Origin: Methanothermococcus sp. SCGC AD-155-E23
GTDB lineage: Archaea > AGJL01 > Methanococci > Methanococcales > Methanococcaceae
Length of the DNA: 13,500 nt
Assembly (NCBI GenBank): GCA_019561615.1
Contig: JAHEQA010000038.1
Span: 1 to 13,500 of the forward strand
Direction of reading: 5' to 3'
Part shown: positions 1 to 7,135 of the stretch, one piece after another
How positions within the stretch are numbered: the stretch's first letter is position 1
Layout of the letters: each line of letters starts with the position of its first letter
Made by a program: the position numbers and the translations under genes
Notes under the pieces: generated by a model
The model's database searches: none
Seen by the model: the letters and a program-made list of their open reading frames with translations, nothing else
Told to the model about the DNA's origin: nothing

Positions 1-1
1 A

Positions 2-1051
2 GTTGCCAACACCATGTACGACCTTATATTAAAGGGTAAGAGACCAAAACTTAAGATACCTATTAGAAGTTTAAGTAATGCAAAATTTGACAAGGAGAAG
101 GGTACCTTTGTACTCCTGGGAAAGGAGAAGGAGAGGACCTTAACAGTTAACCAGGCTAAGATCTTTGCACAAACTGTTAAGATGATGGAGTTTGCAAAGG
201 AACTCCTAGACAACAACGACTTTTCAACATTGAGGGAGGCCTACTACGTCTCAAAGAACTGGGGAGAGGCGAGATTTGACGATCAGCAACCCTCTAACGA
301 GGTTATAGAGGATCTTGAGGCCGCACTTAACTGTCTAAGGGAGGAGTTGGGATTTATTCCAGAGGAGGATGGTTCTGCAGTAGTTGGTCCCCTAAAGATA
401 ATAGATAGAACTTCAGAGGGAGAGGAGTTGGTAATAGATTGTAGAAAGTTAGGTAGTGGTGCCTACAACATCCCAAATGACGTTACCAGGTTGGAGTTTG
501 AGACAGATGCAGACTTTGTACTTGCAATAGAGACTGCAGGTATGTTTGCAAGGTTAAACGCTGAAAAATTCTGGAAAAAGAAGAACTGTATCCTGGTGTC
601 TTTGAAGGGGGTACCTGCAAGGGCTACAAGGAGATTTATAAAGAGGTTAAATGAGGAGCATGGTCTTCCAGTTCTAGTCTTTACAGACGGAGATCCCTAC
701 GGATACCTAAATATCTACAGGACCTTGAAGGTAGGTAGTGGTAAGGCTGTCCACCTTGCAGACAAGCTAGCTGTCCCAAGTGCCAGGCTAATAGGGGTTA
801 CACCTCAGGATATAATAGACTACGACCTACCTACACATCCCCTAAAGGAGCAGGATATAAAGAGGTTGAAGGATGGGTTGAAGAACGACGACTTTGTAAA
901 GAGTTTCCCAGAGTGGCAGAGGGCACTTAAACTTATGTTGAAGATGAAGAAGAGGGCTGAGCAGCAGTCCCTTGCCAAGTACGGTTTGAAGTACGTTGTC
1001 AACGAGTATTTGCCAGCTAAGATAGAGGATCCAAAGAGTTGGCTACCATAA
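2..1051 (+). CDS. top6A: DNA topoisomerase VI subunit A (Spo11 family), 5' end outside the window
   Basis: Winged-helix catalytic Tyr motif TLREAYY, Toprim motifs AIETAG and FTDGDPYG, C-terminal RAEQQSL. The frame is open upstream of the ATG at 14 (gtt gcc aac acc atg), so the real start is probably left of base 1. Confidence 0.96.
   Translation, partial: VANTMYDLILKGKRPKLKIPIRSLSNAKFDKEKGTFVLLGKEKERTLTVNQAKIFAQTVKMMEFAKELLDNNDFSTLREAYYVSKNWGEARFDDQQPSNEVIEDLEAALNCLREELGFIPEEDGSAVVGPLKIIDRTSEGEELVIDCRKLGSGAYNIPNDVTRLEFETDADFVLAIETAGMFARLNAEKFWKKKNCILVSLKGVPARATRRFIKRLNEEHGLPVLVFTDGDPYGYLNIYRTLKVGSGKAVHLADKLAVPSARLIGVTPQDIIDYDLPTHPLKEQDIKRLKDGLKNDDFVKSFPEWQRALKLMLKMKKRAEQQSLAKYGLKYVVNEYLPAKIEDPKSWLP
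36..197 (+). repeat. Left arm of an exact 162-bp inverted repeat (partner 13339..13500)
   Basis: gtaagagaccaaaac...gatgatggagtttgcaa is the exact reverse complement of 13339..13500 on base-by-base reading. The match ends after tttgcaa (agg here, tcc in the copy). Confidence 0.97.
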
Positions 1052-1070
1052 AAAAATATATTTTATTTTT
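1050..1070. terminator. Probable bidirectional oligo-T terminator between convergent top6A and the DUF2341 gene
   Basis: An A-run (T-run on the minus strand) followed by tattttattttt in and around an 11-bp gap between convergent stop codons. Archaeal terminators are oligo-T. Confidence 0.4.
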
Positions 1071-2940
1071 CCGGTAGATAGAACCCTATAAGTTTTATAC
1101 TGTATCCGTACTTCCACTCCCTTTTATCCCTTCCTGCGAGCATGTCTACAATAGAGGGGTGTTCCCCTGAGGGATCCTCTACAAAGTATGGGTTGGGATT
1201 AGTACCCTCTCCATAGTAGGTTCCATAGGCTCTAGGTGGTGAGATATAGATCAGTGGGTATATCCTTATCATGTTTCCAGTGACAGATACATAAGGTTCT
1301 TGTGGTGCATATTTTCTAACTCTGAAGTTGTCGAAGTATACTTCTTGATTACCATCTAAATCATGATCTCCCCAGGAGGTCCCAAGTAAAAAGTGATTTC
1401 CATAGGGTTCTTCTATTGTTTTAGTTATTAACCATGGATTTTCATAATTATATAGTATATAATCTTCTAGAGGAGTATAGGTACCCTTTACTTCCTTTAC
1501 TGTACTTCCATCTACTTCTTTTTCTGTAATAAGGATCTTTATAATATACCACTTATTTTTTTCAGGCAATACTGCATTAGTACCCTCTATTTTTTCTCTA
1601 TAATTGTGTATTTTAGAAGAAGGATATTCTTTACATATCATTACGCCCTCGAAATTTTCAACTTTGGTCCTCCTCCTCTTCCTCTTTACCTCGTCTAGCC
1701 AGTATAGATCCCTCATATAATCAGTGGTTAGTGCATAACCGTCATTTTTATATCTTCCTCCTAAATCAAAGGTATAAAATGCATCTGGGTGGAGTGTAGT
1801 GTACCAGTGAGGATCTGCAAGATATCCTATCATTATATTGGGAGCTGGATAAGGATATTCTTCCCACCACCACCATACCTTTTTCTTTATATAATATGTA
1901 TTATTTCCTTTTGCCACAACTTCTATTATATAATTTTTTAAACTAATGTTATTGATAGAAATTATCCTTGCAACTGGGGGCGCATTTTCACATCCAATTA
2001 CCTGTCGATTGTATAGGGGATTATATAAAAGATAGTTATTTCCAAAATTATAGAACTTCCAGTCACCATAGAGATTATTCCATTTAATACCTATAGATCT
2101 ATTATATTCAAAATCATCAAATAATTCAAATACTAAATTTCCATTACTCTCAGATAACCTTGGATAGGTAGATATTAAGTATACAGTAATTATTTGATTA
2201 GCTTCTAACTCTGGGATTTTTATCCAGATAATAGCCCTAGAGTCTCTCCAATACTCTATCCAGTAGGGGATATAGTTGTTATTCTCGTCTATAAATTTCA
2301 ATCCTGTACCATCGGGATCTATAGAAAAGTCAAAGTTACTCTCATCTAAAATAATTTTAACCTGGAAATCTGTTAAGTTCTCATTATTAGGATTGTATAT
2401 ATGTATAGGCATAATATAGGTTGGTTTTCTATAGTGGTATGCATCTAGTACAGTCTTTACAGTAACGTACTGAGAAGACTCTATACTGTCTGTTTTATTT
2501 ATAGTTCCGTCTCTGTAGGAGAGGTTATAACTAAAGACATAATCTATCTTAAATGTAAATCCATCAGCCATAGTAATGTTGGTTATATCAAAAGAATAAG
2601 TAAAATTATATCCCTGATTACTGTAGTATCTACTTACGTTATCTAGATAGCTCCTTATATGATCCTCTGTATTTCTCTCTAAATAGTTGACAACGTCCTC
2701 AGGGCTACTGAAAAATCCTTCATTGGCAACTTTTAAACTGGCATCGTTTAATACCTTGTTGAATGTAGGGGAGAGGGAGGTAGACACCACATGTTCAACA
2801 GATGAAGATTTTAAATCAACAGATGTAGCCTCCATTTCTCTTACTATCTGCCTTTGTTGGAGATCTATGGTATGATAATAAAGTGCTGCTGTTAAAAGTA
2901 GTAAAAGTGTTAATATCAGCATACTCTGGGAGGTATACAT
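1063..2940 (-). CDS. DUF2341-domain, membrane-anchored surface protein (pilin/adhesin-like), 625 aa
   Basis: N-terminal hydrophobic helix (MLILTLLLLLTAALYY); DUF2341-type motifs LTDFQVKI, IPYWIEYW, IWIKIP and GNLVFELFDDFE; beta-rich region ending YFDNFRVRKYAP. RBS-like GGTGG upstream of the ATG. Confidence 0.8.
   Translation of the reverse strand: MYTSQSMLILTLLLLLTAALYYHTIDLQQRQIVREMEATSVDLKSSSVEHVVSTSLSPTFNKVLNDASLKVANEGFFSSPEDVVNYLERNTEDHIRSYLDNVSRYYSNQGYNFTYSFDITNITMADGFTFKIDYVFSYNLSYRDGTINKTDSIESSQYVTVKTVLDAYHYRKPTYIMPIHIYNPNNENLTDFQVKIILDESNFDFSIDPDGTGLKFIDENNNYIPYWIEYWRDSRAIIWIKIPELEANQIITVYLISTYPRLSESNGNLVFELFDDFEYNRSIGIKWNNLYGDWKFYNFGNNYLLYNPLYNRQVIGCENAPPVARIISINNISLKNYIIEVVAKGNNTYYIKKKVWWWWEEYPYPAPNIMIGYLADPHWYTTLHPDAFYTFDLGGRYKNDGYALTTDYMRDLYWLDEVKRKRRRTKVENFEGVMICKEYPSSKIHNYREKIEGTNAVLPEKNKWYIIKILITEKEVDGSTVKEVKGTYTPLEDYILYNYENPWLITKTIEEPYGNHFLLGTSWGDHDLDGNQEVYFDNFRVRKYAPQEPYVSVTGNMIRIYPLIYISPPRAYGTYYGEGTNPNPYFVEDPSGEHPSIVDMLAGRDKREWKYGYSIKLIGFYLPEK
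2254..2271. repeat. 18-bp exact direct repeat shared by the two DUF2341 genes (partner 4875..4892)
   Basis: ctctatccagtaggggat occurs at 2254..2271 and 4875..4892 and encodes IPYWIE in both genes. A second shared 11-mer, acctggaaatc, occurs at 2360..2370 and 4978..4988. Confidence 0.85.
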
Positions 2941-2942
2941 AG

Positions 2943-3470
2943 TTAACCACCACAGATTAAGCTAATATTAATAGGGGTACTTGATCTAAAATAGTATATA
3001 GCCCTTACAAAGGAGTGGGAATTACCACCGAGATAGCTATAGACCTCTTCTTCACTTAGGAAACATCTATCTGTTAAACGGAGGGTCCTTTCATCACCGT
3101 ATACACCGTACCATCCCTCTGTTCTGTTTAGTACTATAACTGTAGACACTACTACTATATCTTTATCGTTGAGATCCCCCTGGGATATGGTATAGTTCCC
3201 AATAACGATTATATAGTCCTCAAGATCAATTCTATTTCTTAATACCTCTTCTGCCTGAGATCCATAACCGTTATTTATAAGGAGTATGGCAGATTCCAAG
3301 GTACCGTCAGATACAAGGAATTTTAACTGATCACTTGCCTTATCGTATAAAATACTGGTCTTTACAGCGTCGGCATAGCTATCTGTATGTTCCACCATAG
3401 AGAGTGTAAAGAATCCCATTCCAACGATTAGTATAATAACCCCCAATAGGATATCATTGTCAAATATCAT
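2943..3470 (-). CDS. Hypothetical protein with a single N-terminal membrane helix (minor pilin-like), 175 aa
   Basis: MIFDND followed by the hydrophobic stretch ILLGVIILIVGMGFFTLSMV. Tightly packed between the two DUF2341 genes (9-bp and 2-bp gaps). Confidence 0.7.
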   Translation of the reverse strand: MIFDNDILLGVIILIVGMGFFTLSMVEHTDSYADAVKTSILYDKASDQLKFLVSDGTLESAILLINNGYGSQAEEVLRNRIDLEDYIIVIGNYTISQGDLNDKDIVVVSTVIVLNRTEGWYGVYGDERTLRLTDRCFLSEEEVYSYLGGNSHSFVRAIYYFRSSTPINISLICGG

Positions 3471-3479
3471 AATGATCCC

Positions 3480-5396
3480 TTAATTTCTCAGAGGTATAAT
3501 ACAGGATATATTCATAGATCTAAATTTCAACACATATATTGTAGAGGGGTCAGAGTACTTAATATCTAGTGTTATAGGTACATCTTTAGATATCTCTAGT
3601 ATCTTAATCTCGTTAGGTTGATTAATATCCCAACTGTGAGTATTTATTACCTTTCCAAAACCACTTATCCTAGGAGTACTATCTATGTTCATTCTAAATG
3701 GGACCCCATTAACAGAGATTACTGCACTTACCGGTTCTGTGGCAGAGATTCTAATGTATTCCAACTTAGAGGGCCTCCTAGTACCAAAATATAGGATTTC
3801 TCCCTTGGCTATATCCTCACGTATTTCCCTTTCATCTGGATATCTCCACATTTTTACAGGTACTAATCGATTCTCTGTCTTAACATAGATGTTACTGAAG
3901 TTGTATTGTGAATAGATTACATTTATTACGTTAACATTGGATTCTACATGGGGAATATTTTCAAAGTAATATGGGGATTCACGGGTAATATTCCTTACTG
4001 ACTTCCATATATTCTCTTCTACTGTTACTTGAATCCTTGGAGCGTATTTTCTCACTCTAACGTTATCAAACCAGTATTCTTCACGATGCATTCCGTGTGC
4101 AGTTCCTAGGAGTATGTACCTTTGATTGGCAGGATCCATAGTAACTTCACAATATGTTTTAACCATGGAGTTTACATTGTTATTTGGATTTGGATCTCCA
4201 TAGTATCCATTAAAGAATTTCCAGATTGAGGCATTACATATCCTATTTTTTTTATGGTTACTATGTTCAAGTATAAATTTCTCATGATACCATACGTTAT
4301 CATAGGTAAAAATATTAGATGTAGCTATTATTTTACTACCATAATTACGACATATGGCAAAAATTTGATAATATCCTGTAAATGAGTTGTAAAATTCATA
4401 ATTGGTAGGATAATAATATGGATCTACATTTGGATCTATATTAGGAGTGGCGTAAAACCCTACCATGGTATCAGGGCTGTCTGCACTCCCTCCAACTGCC
4501 CCAGTATGCCCCTTAACGACAGCCTCTAGGATATATATGTCCCCGTCAGAGACCCTTAATGGTTCACTAGATATCATACTTCTATATTTATCCCTCTCCT
4601 CATCCCCAAAGGATCTTAAATATGCCACATGATTTCTCCTCCTACCTCCGTTGTAAAAGGGTAATTCATTATCTTCTACAATTACCCAATCTCCCTTTAA
4701 AATCTTCCATTTATTCAATCCTTCCTCAAAATCCTCAAAGAATATAAATACCTTCTCACCGTTATCCCTTATACTAGAACTCCCTCCCCTCCTTAGATAT
4801 ACAATAGTATATCCATTGGCTGGTATCTCACTTACCCTTATCCACACCCTTCCTATTCTGTTGTACTCCCAGATCTCTATCCAGTAGGGGATTTCCTTAT
4901 TTCCCTCCCAGAAACTTATACCCTTTCCATCTGGGGAGAAATCGAAGTTAAAGTTAGCTGGGGTTAGAGTAACTAACACCTGGAAATCCTTTAAGGTGTA
5001 GTTGTTGGGGTTGGAAATATTAATGATATACTCCCAGGTACCTTCGTAACTAATGTTGCCCTCGTACTCTGTACCCCTAACTGAAAATGGGTCGAAAGTA
5101 CCTGGGATGGTGTCCCTTGAGGTGTAGTAACTCTCCCTCACCCTATCTACAAATCTTAAATAATCTGGAACGTAGGAATTTGATGGAAACTCATGGTCTT
5201 TAAATATCTTATCCGCTATTAAATTACTCTTTTCAAAGGCCTCAATATCTCTCTTCTCCTCCTGAAATGTTAAGAAGTTATGGGTGATGGCAAAGTATGC
5301 AACGTAAAAGATTAGAAGTGCTAATGTAGCCGCTATAACCGCCTCATATGTAAATATATATCCTTTCTTTGATTTCAACTTAGATAGTCCTAGCAT
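3480..5396 (-). CDS. DUF2341-domain protein with a class III (prepilin-like) signal peptide, about 638 aa
   Basis: Basic leader SKLKSKKG, then YIFTYE and a hydrophobic helix; motifs LKDFQVLV, IPYWIEIW, VWIRVS, GEKVFIFFEDFE and WFDNVRVRKYAP. The ATG at 5396 has AGGGGA upstream; the ORF track starts at 5402. Confidence 0.8.
   Translation of the reverse strand: MLGLSKLKSKKGYIFTYEAVIAATLALLIFYVAYFAITHNFLTFQEEKRDIEAFEKSNLIADKIFKDHEFPSNSYVPDYLRFVDRVRESYYTSRDTIPGTFDPFSVRGTEYEGNISYEGTWEYIINISNPNNYTLKDFQVLVTLTPANFNFDFSPDGKGISFWEGNKEIPYWIEIWEYNRIGRVWIRVSEIPANGYTIVYLRRGGSSSIRDNGEKVFIFFEDFEEGLNKWKILKGDWVIVEDNELPFYNGGRRRNHVAYLRSFGDEERDKYRSMISSEPLRVSDGDIYILEAVVKGHTGAVGGSADSPDTMVGFYATPNIDPNVDPYYYPTNYEFYNSFTGYYQIFAICRNYGSKIIATSNIFTYDNVWYHEKFILEHSNHKKNRICNASIWKFFNGYYGDPNPNNNVNSMVKTYCEVTMDPANQRYILLGTAHGMHREEYWFDNVRVRKYAPRIQVTVEENIWKSVRNITRESPYYFENIPHVESNVNVINVIYSQYNFSNIYVKTENRLVPVKMWRYPDEREIREDIAKGEILYFGTRRPSKLEYIRISATEPVSAVISVNGVPFRMNIDSTPRISGFGKVINTHSWDINQPNEIKILEISKDVPITLDIKYSDPSTIYVLKFRSMNISCIIPLRN
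4875..4892. repeat. 18-bp exact direct repeat (partner 2254..2271)
   Basis: Identical ctctatccagtaggggat. Confidence 0.85.
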
Positions 5397-5470
5397 ACAC
5401 ATCCCCTTTTGACCCTTTAAAAAATAGTAAGTTACTCCCTAAAAATTAATATTACTTAAAAAAATAGATT

Positions 5471-6181
5471 TTAGTATTCCTTCTTTAATTTAATATACTT
5501 TATCTCCTTTACCTTGTACTTCTGCTCAAACTCTTCCTCCTTTATCCTCTCCCCTGTAATCATGAAAACTACCCTATCTCCAATAGAGGCTATTATATCC
5601 CCACTTCTCTCCAGGTACTTAGCCATGAATATAGTCTCTGTTGCCATGGTGATGTTTCTGGGATCCTCGAGGATATAACTTATCATCTCCCTGTAGAGCT
5701 GCTCATAGAGCTTATTTATTTTCTTATCCCTGGCGTACACATCCCTGGCCAACTTTTCATCCCTGTTTTTAAAGGCTCGGAGCGCATCCTTTAACATCTC
5801 CTCAAGGCGCTCCACCATAGTTATTATAATCTCGTTCTCCCTCCTCATGTCTAACTTGGATTTTATTGTAATCTTGGCAATCTTACAGGCACAGTCCCCT
5901 ATCTTCTCCAGTTTAGATATGATCTTGATGATAGTTAGTATAGTTCTTAGGTCTGTTGCTACAGGCTGATAAAGTGCTATAAGTTTTATACACTTATCCT
6001 CGATCTCCATCTCCCTTATGTCTATAAGGTCGTCTCCCTTTATCACCTTCTCTGCAAGCTCCTTGTCACAGTTTAAAAAGGCCTCTGTAGAGGTATGTAG
6101 AGCAGATATACAGAGGTTACCCATTTCGATAACCTCATCCTCTACCTCTTTCAACTTAGAGTAGAATACCTCTTTTGTCAT
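5471..6181 (-). CDS. phoU: Phosphate signalling complex protein PhoU
   Basis: Two PhoU repeats: D.LID..E..IE, QPVATDLR, LEKIGD and LERSGD. Lies directly downstream of pstB. RBS GGTGAT precedes the ATG at 6181. Confidence 0.95.
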   Translation of the reverse strand: MTKEVFYSKLKEVEDEVIEMGNLCISALHTSTEAFLNCDKELAEKVIKGDDLIDIREMEIEDKCIKLIALYQPVATDLRTILTIIKIISKLEKIGDCACKIAKITIKSKLDMRRENEIIITMVERLEEMLKDALRAFKNRDEKLARDVYARDKKINKLYEQLYREMISYILEDPRNITMATETIFMAKYLERSGDIIASIGDRVVFMITGERIKEEEFEQKYKVKEIKYIKLKKEY

Positions 6182-6198
6182 AGATATCACCAAGTTTG

Positions 6199-6960
6199 TT
6201 ATCCAAATCTACCACTGATATAATCTTCAGTCTCCTTTCTAGAGGGGTTGAGGAATATCTTCTCCGTTTTATCAAACTCTATGAGCTCCCCCATTAAGAA
6301 GAATGCGGTATAATCTGAGACCCTACTTGCCTGTTGCATGTTGTGGGTAACAACTACAACGGTATAATCCCTTTTTAACTCCACCATAAGATCCTCTATC
6401 TTCTGGGTGGAGATAGGGTCAAGGGCAGATGTAGGTTCATCTAACAGTATAACCTCAGGCTTAACTGCTATGGCACGGGCAATACAGAGTCTCTGCTGCT
6501 GCCCTCCAGATAACTCAAAGGCAGACTTTTTCAAGTTGTCCTTTACCTCATCCCACAGTGCAGCCTTCTTCAAGGCCCACTCCACAATCTTATCTAGGGT
6601 TTCCTTATCCTTGATACCATGTATCCTTGGACCAAAGGCCACGTTGTCGTAGATGCTCATGGGAAAGGGGTTTGGTTTCTGGAAGACCATTCCCACCCTC
6701 TTCCTCAGTTCCACAACATCTACGTCCTCGTCGTATATATTCTTCCCATCTAGAAGTACCTTCCCCTCAACCCTTGCATTGGGAACAAGATCTATCAACC
6801 TGTTGAGACACCTTATAAAGGAACTTTTACCACATCCACTGGGACCTATAAGTGCAGTTATCTTGTTCTCGTATATAGGGAGGTTTATATTTTTAAGGGC
6901 GTGAAAATCTCCGTAGTAGAGATTTAAATTCTTAGTCTCCATCTTTACCTTCTCCCCCAT
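6199..6960 (-). CDS. pstB: Phosphate ABC transporter ATP-binding protein PstB
   Basis: Walker [30 protein letters not shown], signature LSGGQQQR, Walker [21 protein letters not shown] and C-terminal YISGRFG. RBS GGTGAT precedes the ATG at 6960, so the ORF-track start at 7005 is probably too long. Confidence 0.96.
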   Translation of the reverse strand: MGEKVKMETKNLNLYYGDFHALKNINLPIYENKITALIGPSGCGKSSFIRCLNRLIDLVPNARVEGKVLLDGKNIYDEDVDVVELRKRVGMVFQKPNPFPMSIYDNVAFGPRIHGIKDKETLDKIVEWALKKAALWDEVKDNLKKSAFELSGGQQQRLCIARAIAVKPEVILLDEPTSALDPISTQKIEDLMVELKRDYTVVVVTHNMQQASRVSDYTAFFLMGELIEFDKTEKIFLNPSRKETEDYISGRFG

Positions 6961-7023
6961 TACATCACCGTAGAGGTCTTTATTTAAAAGGGAAGCCCCA
7001 ATCAACTGTGAGACTCTACTTTT

Positions 7024-7040
7024 TATTTAAATGTTTCTAT
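7024..7040 (-). promoter_or_regulatory. Putative BRE/TATA promoter for pstB-phoU
   Basis: The minus strand reads ATAGAAACATTTAAATA: purine-rich BRE-like GAAA followed by TTTAAATA, about 65 bp before the pstB start. Confidence 0.55.
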
Positions 7041-7071
7041 TAATGTCAACTTTTATTCACAAAAGAGGATT

Positions 7072-7088
7072 TAAAAAAATTATAAATA
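7072..7088 (+). promoter_or_regulatory. Putative BRE/TATA promoter for ppsA
   Basis: An A-run followed by TTATAAATA at 7080..7088, then RBS GGAGG at 7125..7129 and the ATG at 7136. Confidence 0.55.
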
Positions 7089-7135
7089 CTATTTTTCATC
7101 TATAGTGACTCAAAGGACTGGACAGGAGGAACACC

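Noticed and set aside
3468-3482. Stop-codon read-through fusing the 640-aa and 175-aa ORFs (same frame, TAA + 9 bp)
   Set aside because: The stop is TAA, not a Sec (TGA) or Pyl (TAG) codon. The downstream ORF has its own ATG and N-terminal membrane helix.
1063-5396. Diversity-generating retroelement acting on the DUF2341 genes
   Set aside because: No reverse transcriptase and no template/variable repeat pair differing only at adenines was seen in the window.
6986-6999. GGG-GCTT-CCC-TTTT mini-hairpin in the pstB leader as an attenuator
   Set aside because: A 3-bp stem is too weak to support, especially in a probable thermophile, and it lies almost at the predicted transcription start.
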